Source: Cyanophora paradoxa CCMP329 (Eukaryota > Plantae > Glaucophyta). Taken from it: a stretch of 64,000 bases of DNA. The stretch is from positions 1-64,000 of the forward strand of contig QPMI01000182.1 in NCBI GenBank assembly GCA_004431415.1, read 5' to 3'. The first letter of the stretch is position 1. Each line of letters opens with the position of its first letter. A program made the translations under genes and the position numbers. A model generated the notes under the pieces. It ran no database searches. It saw nothing but the letters and a program-made list of their open reading frames with translations, and was not told the origin of the DNA. Of this stretch, positions 46,935 to 57,917 are shown piece by piece.

Positions 46935-47366
46935 TGTCGCGTGCCGCGATTCCCTCGGATTAGGCTAGCCGGTTGTCTATGCGTAGCCGCTAGCCCTAGT
47001 CTAGTGCTATCGAGCAGCTAGCTCTAGCACTCTCTGTATTCTGACTTAGCGCCGGGCGCGACTCCGTTTGGGGGTACGCGATCCCTGGACGGGTACACTT
47101 GTGAATAGACCACTTGTGCTCCCAGCTACAGCCCCAGCCCGTGCGTGACCGCACGGACGCTGCACCGGGTGGGAATCCTCTCATCCGACAGGCGCCATCT
47201 GCTCACGGAGCCAGAACCCCGATCATCAGCGACCCGTCATTAGCAACCGACCCAGCTCGGCGACCGCGGCTCAGCCGGCGCGCAGGTAGACCTCGGTAGA
47301 GGTCGTGGGTCGCTTCTCGCGCCCCGCCTGCGCCGCTCCGGGCTGACCCGCAGTTGGCGACCGAAC
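46935..47366 (+). repeat. Candidate 5' LTR (TG...CA) followed by a primer-binding site
   Basis: TGTCGCG at 46935. CA at 47351-47352, then 2 nt, then TGGCGACCG at 47355 (complementary to a tRNA ...GGUCGCCA 3' end). An alternative LTR end is CCGACA at 47190 (5-bp inverted repeat with TGTCG). The 3' LTR is outside the window, so neither end is confirmed. Confidence 0.5.
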
Positions 47367-47736
47367 ATTCTGGAAAGAACCAGAACTTAGTCCTGCGGAT
47401 CCAGGAACGCGCGCGAATACCGAGGGATCCCCGTCCCGATCGGATCGTCGCCGTTTCCTGAGCGAGCTGCGTGCGAGCCCGTGGGAGCATTCCCGATCGG
47501 TCGCTAGTCACTCGCCGCGACGCCAGCCTTCTCCGGCTGTTGCGATCGTGCTGGACAAGTACGGAGAGCGATCGGATCGACGGCTGAGGCGTGCGCGCCC
47601 GAGCTGTCTCCGGAATCGCCGCAGCCGAGCTAGTGAGCTTGCTCGCCGCTGCTGTGGACCACGACGGCCTCGGATCTCGAGCGAGGCACATTCTCTCACG
47701 GAATAGCGTGGCATTACGTCGCCGCTTGACCTGAGA

Positions 47737-50700
47737 ATGTCCTCGGGGACCGGAGCCTCCGCGGAGTTCGTCGTCCGGGCCGCGCACGCGCGTGGCGCCG
47801 CCGACATGGACTCTATGAGCGGATCAAATGTTTTGCAATGGATCCAGAGCCTGCCGAAGCTGCCGCCGGGCAGCGATCAGCGCACGGTCCAGGATCACCT
47901 CCGCCAGTTCGAGAGCTGCGCGAGCATGAGCAAGGACCTGCTCAGCGTCTCGCCGACTGCACACATCGAAGTGCAGAAGCGAACTGGGTGGGCTCTTCTC
48001 GGCACGCTAGATCACGGGCACCCCGTGCGCCAGAACATCTCGCTGTTCCAGAGCGCCGAGCAGATCGACACGCGCGAGCTCGAGAAGCTGAAGGCGTACC
48101 GGGCCGAGCGTGCGCGCACGAGCACAGCGGACCCGCGAGACGTCGCGATCCTCGAGACGCTCGACGAAAAGATCGCGCAAGCCGAGGAGGGCTTGCAGCG
48201 GACCGCCCTCACGGTCACGTACACCGCGATCAGGCGCCGTCTCGAAGATGACGCCGAGATGCGGAACCCTGACCGGTACAAGGCGCTCCTCGACCTGCCG
48301 CACGTGGGCGAGGCGCCGGAGGCGTTCTACCGCCGAATCCTCGACTTGAGCATCATCCCGGAGTGCCGCGAGGCGCACGAGACGCCGCTCATGGCACTCA
48401 TGCGCCACTCGGGCCAAATGCTCAAGCGCCGCACTCGCAATCAGTGCCGCGACTTCGAAGACTCCGAGATTTCGGACACCGATCGCCGGCACATGATGAC
48501 GAACTTCTCCACAGCTCGGAAGATCTATGATGAGCTGTCGCAGAAGATCGCGGACCGCGAGATCACGGGACCCTCTGCGGTCATCGACCTGGTAACCAAG
48601 CGCACCAATGAACTGGGCGCCTGGGACGTCGATATCTCTAAAGTCCCCGGCTCGGCCCTCGTGCTGGGCTCGCGCGGGACGCCGCTGCAGGCGCCCACGG
48701 CTGCCTCGCGCACGCCGCAGAGCGCGCCGCCGATCACGCACACGCCAGCTGTCCCCGTCGTCCCCTCGCGCTCGAACGCGGGCGCCGGCGCGGGCACGCG
48801 CATCATGTTCGCGACGACGGTGTCGGCAGCCGAGCTTGCAGAGCTCGAGGCCCACGGGTGGGACGCAGACGACGGCGAGGATCAGAACGCCGAGGTTATC
48901 TCGTTCCTGCAGCTCATTGCTCAGGACGATCCCCTCGTCGTAGTCCGCGCGCTCTACCCGTCGGCGTCCGCACCGCCGCCCCGCCTCGACGACCCGGTCT
49001 ATCAGCAAAAGATCAAAGACTTTCTGAAGGCCCGGGGCCTCCCCGAGAAGCCCCGGCGGCCGTGCCACTGCGGCGAGTCGCACTACTCGTTTGAGTGTCG
49101 GACCAACCCGCGGCCCCTGCCCGAGTGGTCGGCGATCAGTCCGACCAAGCGCCGCGGGCCGATGGGCGCGGTAGCCGGCGATCCGAAGCGCCGGTTCTAC
49201 CCCGCCCCGGGCGCGAACGGGCGCACGAGCCCCGCTCCCCCGGGCACCGTCAACGGCAACTGCTACAACTGCGGGAAGCCCGGCCACCGCGCGTCGGTCT
49301 GCCCCGCGGTTGAGGAGCGGATCCAGGCCTCAGTTCGCCGCGCCCTCGCCGAGCAGACGGGGGGGCAGGCCAACGACCCCGCGACGATTCAGATCGCGCG
49401 CGCCCTCCTTGAGCAAGTCGTTCGCGCCGCGCCGGCAGCGTCGGGCGCCCTCCTGGGGACGCCGCCCGCACCCACGGGGTCTGGCCCCGTTGCCGCGCCA
49501 TCCCCGGCCGAGCTCCGGAATGCGAAGCACGTGTACCGCGTACGCATTGTGCGCAGCGATGAGGCGACCCTGGAGGACACCCTGCGGGTCTTCATCGCGG
49601 CCGCCGTGGCAAACGCCGCCGCGCTGAAGACCCCCCAGGAGGGACCCGCGCTCGACACGGTCGCCGCCGCTGCCACCGCCTTCGCGGTCGCGGTGGCGCA
49701 GCTGACGGCGGAGAACCGCCCCGACCTGTGCCCCCCGGGCCTCGCGCTCGAGGAGCCGGCCCCGTGCGAGGCGCAGGATCTGTCGCCGACCCGCCCGGAG
49801 TCGGGTCTGGACGCGGGGGAGAAGACGGTCGCGTTCGACGCAGTGGACGCCGCCCTTGAGGAAATCGCACTCCTCTTGGCGGCCGCCCCGGACCCAACGG
49901 AGGTCGAGGGCGCTGACGCAGAAGCGAAGGGTCCCGCGCCGACGCCCGCGCCGACTTCTTGCCCCGCCGAGCTCGCCGCCGGCATCGTGGACGCCGCCCT
50001 TGAGGAGGTCGCACTCCTCTTGGCGGCCGCCCCGGACCCAACGGAGGTCGAGGGCGCTGACGCAGAAGCGAAGGGTCCCGAGCCTGCGCCGGAGCTCGCT
50101 CCCGCCGAGTCGGCCCCCGAGGCCACCGCCGCTGAGGCTCCGGCGGACCCAGCCGCCGGCGTGGGCTGCTGCCTGGAGTACTCTTCGGGGGCCGAGACTG
50201 TAGCGAGCCTCGAGGTGACCGACGACGGCGCCTCCCTCGCCGACGAGGATGCGACCGTAGCGGCTAAGGAGACCCTGCGCCTCAACCGCGCTCGCCTCCT
50301 CAGCGCTAGCCCCGGCCTAGACCTCACTCACTTCGGAGCCGTTGAGCTAGAGCCGGTGAAGGGCCGCGAGCACGAGCTGGGGCCCGTCCCTCTCTGGAAC
50401 GTGGACGCGCACAAGCTGAAGGGCGCCGCGTCGGTCCCGCTCGACCGCGCGGCGTTCCTGTACCCAGCGCCGTGCGAGACTCACTGCGGCTGCACTGCGA
50501 GCGAGGGGCTGATCGAGGTCCGGGACGAGCAGTGGTATGCCACTGCGTTCCGCTGCCCGGCCCGCACCCGCCAGACGCTCTCCTTCTTGCTCGCGGCGTT
50601 CTCTCAGCCGCTCGCCACCGAGAGCACGTACCTCGACTCCCGGACCCTCCCCACTGCGTTTCTGCAGATGCTGGGGCATGACCCGCTGTCCCAGGACGCG

Positions 50701-53700
50701 CTGGCCCACGCCTGGCCGACGCACTACTATGAGGTCATGAGCCTCGTGCACCAGACCTCTCGCGTCGCCGCGAAGTGGTCCGGGGGCCACGCGTGGCCGC
50801 ACGCCGAGGGCCTCACGCCCGAGGGTCGCCCCGCGGTCGAGCCCGACGTTCGCAAGCTCGCAAAGCTTGGGGACGAGTGCGTCGCCACCGCCGGCTGGCT
50901 GGAGCCGTACCGCCGCCACTGGAGCATCGGCCAGCACTCGCCCGTGGCGGCCTCTCTCGAGCCGCACGAGATGACGGTATCGGGCCGCCGCCAGCTGATC
51001 GAGCTGAGCGAGCTGTTGCCGGCACGGGACCGCCTCCGCCTTGCGTGCGCCTCGACCGTTGCGGGCTATTTCCTGCACCGCGTCGACTACGGTGCCCCGG
51101 GCACCGCCGGCGCCGTCGAGAAGATTCTCGGCCGCTTCTTTAAGTTCGCCGAGCCGCTCATGGTGGACGCGCGGGTCGACGCCTATGGCTTCGCCCTGCT
51201 GGCCCTCGAGCACGCGATCCAGTGGAAGACCGTGGCTTGCATCGGCGGTCGCGCCGGTCCCCACGACGCCCACAAGAGCGCCGTCGCTCCGGCCGACGGG
51301 AACCCTCTTGTCCCCTCGGACTCGGAGTTCACGGAAGCCGTTCACTCGCTTGCCGTCCTGGCTGCCTCCGTTGAGGTTCCGATCCCGGGGCGGGCACGTC
51401 TCCGCTCGGATCGGGACGCCGAGGGATGGCTGCGGGCAGCGCTCGCGGAGCGTCTGACTGCGTACCGCGACGGCCGTGCCCCCGCCTTCCCGGTCGTGAG
51501 CGAGGGCGAGTCCTGCACGGTTGAACGCGTTCCGGTGGAGCCCCGCGTCGCCGCCGCCCGCGTTCTGCACCTCCGGGACCTGCACTTGTGCGACACCTGG
51601 CTGCACTGGCCGCGCCTGCACGGGGCAGAGCCTGGCACGTGGAGGGTCGGCCGCGTGCGCCCGATCACGCGCACCACGCAGTTGCCCCTGCACGGCACGA
51701 CGCGAGGCGGGCAGCTGCCCACGATCGTGCCTGAGGAGCTCTACGTGCTGAGCCAGCTCGGCCCGCGCCCGCCGCTCACCGCCCTGTGCGATGCAGCCTG
51801 GGCCCGCACGGTTCCCGGATCCGCCGGGGCCGCGGAGCTGCTCCGGTACATCGAGGGGCCAAGGCGGGCGACCGGGCCCACCTCGTCATTCTATTCCGTA
51901 GGCTGCTGAAGAAGCGGGCCGGTTTCAATGACGAGGCTGTCAAGGACATGATCGCGCTCGTGGAGAAGTGGCGCACGGATGCGGGCAGCCGCACCCCCAC
52001 TCCTCTCCACGACCTGCCCACCACGCCGAAGCCGGCGTCGGACACGACGGGCGCCTACACGGCGAAGGCCGTCAGCGCGACGATCAAGGAGGCTAAGGCC
52101 TGCCTGCCGCCGCGCCCGCCTGTGAAGGCGCTCTCGCCGAGGGACCCGCCAGCGCCGGCGCGGCCGGCGCCCGTTCCTGTCCCGCCGCCTGCACCGACGG
52201 CGAAGCTCGTGACCTTGCACGCCGCGGCAACATGGCCGCCGCTTGCGAGCCCGACGGCGCCGCGGCCCACCGCCGCTCCGACGCCGCCCGCCACTGAGCC
52301 CGCGCCTGTCGAGCCTCGCCTGAGCGAGCCGCTACTCGACGTCGCGCGCGCGACCGCGCCGGCTCCCCGGCAGGCCGCCCGTCGCGGCGAGCGTGGCCGC
52401 GGGGACGGGGTCGTGCGCGTCAGCACCCGTGGGCGCGGCTCGCAGGGGCCACGAACCCGCAGCGCCCGCCGTGGGCAGGCTGAGGGGAAGACGCCGAGAT
52501 GGGCGAGCGGGGCGACGGCGATGAGGCGCCCGAGGAAGCGCCGCCGCCGCCGCCGCCGTCGGCTATCGATGAGAACCTGAGCCAGCGGGCCCTGTACGAG
52601 GCTATGGGCGTGATGAGCGGCGTCCTCGCAGTGCCGGGGTGCCCGCCTCGGCTCTGTGAGGGGAAACAGATCACCGAGTGGCCCATGACGGCCCGGTCTG
52701 ATCTCGCCCACCGCTGGAGCATCCCCTTCGACGCACTGAAGGGCACGTTCGAGGACCTGCGGGTCCCGCACCTCAAGGCGTTTCTCGCCAGCGAGAGGAG
52801 CACGCCAATCCAGAACCGCCTGGATGGGCCGCCCGTGCCGCACGAGGAGCCGCCGGAGGGCCGCGTCGCGCTCAGAGCCGATCGCACCGTTCGCCTCGCG
52901 CGGCTCAACGCGGCCGCGTTCGAGCTCTTCATGATCGCGCTGGGGCTCCGTGGCCCCGTCACGCCCCACTCCCACGATCTCCCGTTCCACCTGCATGAGT
53001 GGACGGAGCAGCAGTTGGAGCACTTCCTGACTCTGCGTTGGACGATCCCTGCCACGCGCCTGCCGCGGTGGACGCACGGGGGCCGCTTCAACCCGAGCGC
53101 GGCCGTCATCCCGCCGCAGTGGGCCCAGTACCTCTTGCGTGCTCACACCATGTTCCGCGCCGAGGCGGTTGGGACCACCGTTCCCTCCGCGGAACGCGCC
53201 GGCCTGGAGTTCCCGTACGGGGTTCGCTGGCTGCGCCGCCACCTGCAGCTAGGGACGCGCGCGCAGGAGGAAGCCGCCGAGAGCGACCCGCACAGGGGCT
53301 TGGCCCTAACCGCCCAGCGCGCGGCCTTCCAGGAGAAGGTCTTGCATGCCCTCGAGCGTCACGCTGCACGGCAGTCGTTCACGTTCGACGATGCGCTTGT
53401 GGGCACCTACATCGCCGATGAGCCTGAGCCCCGCCTCGAGCCGCTCGACATTGACCATGTCGAGAGCGAAGAGGAAGAGGGCGAGGAGGAAGAGGCGCCG
53501 GCTGCCATCCCTGCGGCGGCGCACAGGCCGTTCGAGCCGCACAAGGACTGGCAGCCGCGGCCGCTGTTCTCGTTGGCGGACCCGACGTACGCCAACGATC
53601 ACAAGCTCTTGCGCGAGTACATGGACCGGAAACACGCGTTTTTCCGGCCCCTGGAATGCTATGAGCCAGGGTTCACTGAATGGGCAACGCTGCCCGCGAT

Positions 53701-56700
53701 CAGCTACCCCTTGCGCTGGCAGCACGCCGGCGACGTTGACGAGTACAACGTCGACGTGCTCACGCTGCAGGACCAGCACATGGGCGAGCTGTGCTCAACT
53801 ATGCTCAAGCGCGTCGGCCCCGCCGCGCGCGGCATAGTGAACTGGTTCTCGCTCGTAGGCCCGCCTCAGCGGCCGTTCGACGAGGATCCGGAGCTCTTCG
53901 ACCTGCAGGGGCTTGCATTCCCGCACGCCGCCTGCGGCGTCAGCTTGGATATCGTGCAGTACCTCGCGGTCGGGACCCGTACCGCACAGTCTGCCGTCCC
54001 GACGTACACGGGCGCCTGGGATCTCACGCACGAGGGCACAGCCCACGCACCCGTGTGTTCGACCCTGGGCCAGGTCTCGCGGGTGCTGTATACCGCCTTC
54101 TTCCACGAAGGCGGCGGCGCGCGGAACGCCCCGCCGCCGTACATGCCGCACCCCGAGCGCCCCACCCTGCACACCTCAGTCTTGGGCGGTAACATCGCCG
54201 ACCCGAACGAGGAGGACGCCAGGACGCCGTTCGCGACCCGCTTCGCGCGCGACGTCGCCGTGCTGGCCCTGCTGCGCCCGCTCGCCGACAAGCGCGTCGA
54301 GAACGTTGAGGGTCGCCTGCAGACGCGGCGCATCTACGCGCCCCGCCTCGTGGCAGGCACGGCCACGCCCGCGCCGAACGCTGCCTGCGACAAGGACGTC
54401 GCAGGGGGCGCGCCGCACCAGCGCGAGAACAAGAAGCTGTGGCTCGCAGTGACGGTCGCCCAGCTTGCGAGCCAGCCCAAGAAGAGCCACGCGAACCCGC
54501 GGCTCGTCACCGCGTTCGGTTACGAGCTGCCGCCTTTCCCGAACTCACCTCCGGGGACGTGCCCTTGGGCGCCGATCCCGGCGGAAGAGGAAATCCTCGC
54601 GACGGCCATCGGTTTTACGCTGGCCTGGCACGCGCGCTTCTTCCAGCGTCACGCGCCGGGCAAGCACCTCCGCAGCCAGCACTGGGCTGATGACTTTCTG
54701 TCGGCTGCGGCCATGGACGTCGAGTCGGAACGCCCGGCTGACTACGTCCCCGAGATCGCTCGGGCGGTCGCCGATCACATGGATGACTTCAACAAGGTGT
54801 TGAACTCGTTCCGCTGCGTGGTGCCGGACGGTCTGATGGTGTTCATTCACGAGGCCTTCCTGACTAAGCCGACGGCCAAGCCGGACCGCGGGTCCGACGT
54901 CTTGCCTCAGGGCAAGAAGGTCTTCGACGCGGACGCGAGGCCGACGTACCCGGACGGTCATCCCACGCTTGCGTGGAAGTTTGCCCCGAACAATGCGGTC
55001 GTGCCGGACCACGAGGGTCGTGCGGCGATCTGTGGGCGGATCCTGCTCGCGATGCTGCCCCCGATGGCCGGCGCCGAGGACGCGTGGCCCGCCGGCGATG
55101 ACCTTGGCGCCGGGGGCAAGAGTGGGATACAGCGCCACCTTGAGGCCGCCCGCGCCGCCGAGGAGCTGGAGAACTGTCCCGGGAACTTCCCGCTGGGGCT
55201 CATCTTTACCGATGAGGCTATACCCCTGCGGCCTCAGTTCGAGACGATGCTCCGTTCGCTCTACGCCGATCTGAATGTCGCGATCCGCCTCGCGCGCCCG
55301 ATCGACTGGGAGACGGACGACCCCGTGCTCCCCGACTGGGACGTTGAGGCTCTGCGCCCGGCGCTGATGTGGGACGCGGTCCAGAACAAGGGCGCCGCGC
55401 CCTCGGCCCGGCGCAGCCTGACTGCGACGGCGGCTGTCGATAAGGAGGCCGAAAGCCTTCTGGTTCGCACGCCGTACCAGCCGATCTACGAAGGAGCGGT
55501 CCGCGCGACGTGGGCGGGCGTGCGGTTCCAGCCGCCCTCAACCATCGTCGGCGGGCTCGCGGACGACCCCGCCGAGGCGGCGCCATCCGCCACCCCGTCG
55601 GCGCCCGCGCCGGCGCAGGCCGCTGCGCAGACCGCCGCGCCGCCGACGGCGCCGCAGCAGGCGCGGCCCCGGCGCAACGCGGGCCAGGCCGTTGGCCGAG
55701 GTGGCCGCGGGCAGGGTCACCAGCGGGGCGGCCGGCACCGCGGTCGCGACGGCCGAGGCCACCGTGACCGTGGCGGCGACCGCGGCGGTGGCCAGGCGCA
55801 ACCCGCACAACCCGCTGTCGACCCGAACGACCCGTTCGGGCTGGATGCGTTCCTCGCGCGGCAGCAGGGTATGACCCCAAGACCATGCGCGTAACCGTCT
55901 CGGACGGGAAGGTGAAGGTCGAGCGGATCGCCGAGAGCGCTCCGCCAGACCAAGCCCCGCCGGCTGAGACTCCCTCCCGGACCTTGATGCCGCCGCCCAG
56001 CTCGAGCCGCCAGGCCGAGGCAAGCTCGAGCCGCAGGGACGACACGGCCAGTCGCGCGTCGCAGGCCCGCCGGACCCCTGAGCGGGCCTCGTCTCAGCGC
56101 CGCTCGCGCACACCCGAGCCGCGCCGAGCCCCGTCCAGTCGCCGCTCTCGCACCCCAGACAGGCGCGAGACGCGGGGCCCTCCACGCGCCGCGAGCGCTC
56201 CCCGGAGCCCCACCGGCAATCCCGGGCGCCGCCGCCGTCCCGCCGTTCGTTGGAACGCCGCGATCGCGAGGGCTCCCGACGCCCTTCGCCGGACCGCCGG
56301 GACCGCGAGGCCTCCCGCCGCCGCTCCCCGGACCGCCGTGATCGCTCGCCGCCGCGCCGCGACCGCAGCCCGCCGAGCCGACGGTCCACGGCTCGCGACA
56401 CTCGCGACAGGCGGAGCCCTCGCCGAGGCTCGCGGGAACGCCGCCGGAGCCGAACACCGTCCCGCTCTAGCTCCCGCTCGCGCTCGCGCGATCGGAGCCC
56501 GAGCCGGAGCCCCCGCCATGACGATAAGCGGCGCAAGAGCTCGAAGAAGGGCTCGCGCGACCGCGCCTCGCCGCGAGACCGCCGCAGCCCTCGCAGCAGC
56601 CAGTCCTCTCGCCGCCCGCCGGACCCGCCGCGCGGTGCCGTAGACGCTGCGTACAAGCGGCACGAGAACGACGCCCGCCTGCGAGGCTGCTCGCCCACAT

Positions 56701-57917
56701 TGCGCGAGCTCTTCGACATGGTCTGGAAGGCGCAGTACGCTGAGATGCCAGACTCGCTCTCGGCGTCCGCGCGAGCTGAGCAGGCCACCGCGCTGGTCCT
56801 GATCAAGCTCCAGAACCAGATGGACGCTCAGTCCGCGTCGTCCTCGGCCCGCGCCGCCGCGCCACCATCGGGTGGGCAGCCGCCGACGGGCGGACGCAAC
56901 GAGCGCCAGCAGCCCTTTCTAGAGGGGCCTGAGGGGCAGAGCGAGGCCGGTCCGCAGTCGGCGGCGCCGTCCAAGCCTGCGGAGGGTCGCGCCTCCATCT
57001 CTCAGGCCCAGGAGCGGTCATCGCGTGCGAGCCAGGCCGAGCCGCCGCGCGCGATCATTTACCCCGAAGGCCTGACCTCCGACGAGGAAGCTCTCATGCC
57101 CGCGGGCCACGCCCTGGGCTCCAAAAACCGCCCGTCCCTCGCCGTGCCCCGCCCGGCCGAGGAGACGCCGCTGGGAACGCGCGCCGGCTATGACCCGCCC
57201 AGCGACGAGTTGCTCTACGCCAACCGCCACGGCCCGGGCCCGCGCAAGCGGACCAAGCCCTCGCCGTTGGCCGACCAGGCAGAGCAGCGCCGAGTCGCCG
57301 AGCGAGCCGCGGCTCGCCAGTCCCGGCCCCCATCCCCACCCGCGAGCGCGACGGACCTGTCGGGTCCACCCGCGCCGCCGGAACCAGAATTCCACGTCCG
57401 CCGCGCCCGACCTAGCTTCCCGCGCGACCGGGCCCTGGAATTCTTCCGGCCAAAGACACTGCACATTCACGGCAGCATTGCTATGCGCCTGCCGAACGGC
57501 CGCTCCGGCGCTGAACGGCCCGCTCGCATTGTTGTCGACACGGGCGCCCAGGGAACTGTAGTTCCCCAGGAAGTCCTCGACCGCCTGCCGCCCGACGAAG
57601 TCAATTACGTCGAGGGCCACACGATAGTCCGCGGTTTCATGGACCGGGACAAAATTCGTTGTCGCCGCGCCGACGTAGTCTTCGTCCTGGGCTCGCTCCG
57701 CTTCTGCCGCCGCGTCTTCGTCGTCCCGCGCGGCGCCATGGGCGTTGAGCCGGACATTCTGCTCGGCCTGGACGCGATCCAGGCCGTCCACGGCCAGATC
57801 GACACGACGCTGTCCGGGTGGTGCCTCCGGGCCCGTGACCACCTGCACCGCGAAGTCGTCGTCCCTTTTCGGCTCCGGACCAGCTTGGGATCCTGGTCCG
57901 AGTCCTGGGACCAGTAA
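47737..57917 (+). CDS. gag: Gag-(unknown domains)-RS-rich-aspartic protease polyprotein, ~3390 aa if four single-base homopolymer deletions are corrected
   Basis: Overlapping ORFs 47737-51909, 51786-52580, 52499-55894, 55885-56643 and 56250-57917 join by restoring one base in GGGG 51855, GGGG 52484, CCCC 55875 and GGGGCCC ~56175. Motifs: CYNCGKPGHRASVC (CX2CX4HX4C), a variant knuckle CHCGESHYSFEC, and protease IVVDTGAQGTVV...DILLGLDAI. Confidence 0.75.
49843..50080 (+). repeat. Internal 93-bp direct repeat in gag (144-bp period)
   Basis: VDAALEE(I/V)ALLLAAAPDPTEVEGADAEAKGP is encoded at 49843 and 49987. Confidence 0.9.
57863..57900 (+). promoter_or_regulatory. Candidate -1 programmed ribosomal frameshift signal
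   Basis: In-frame slippery heptamer C CCT TTT (57863-57869), 6-nt spacer, 8-bp stem CGGACCAG/CTGGTCCG (57876-57900). The 0 frame stops at 57917; the -1 frame stays open into pol. Confidence 0.6.
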
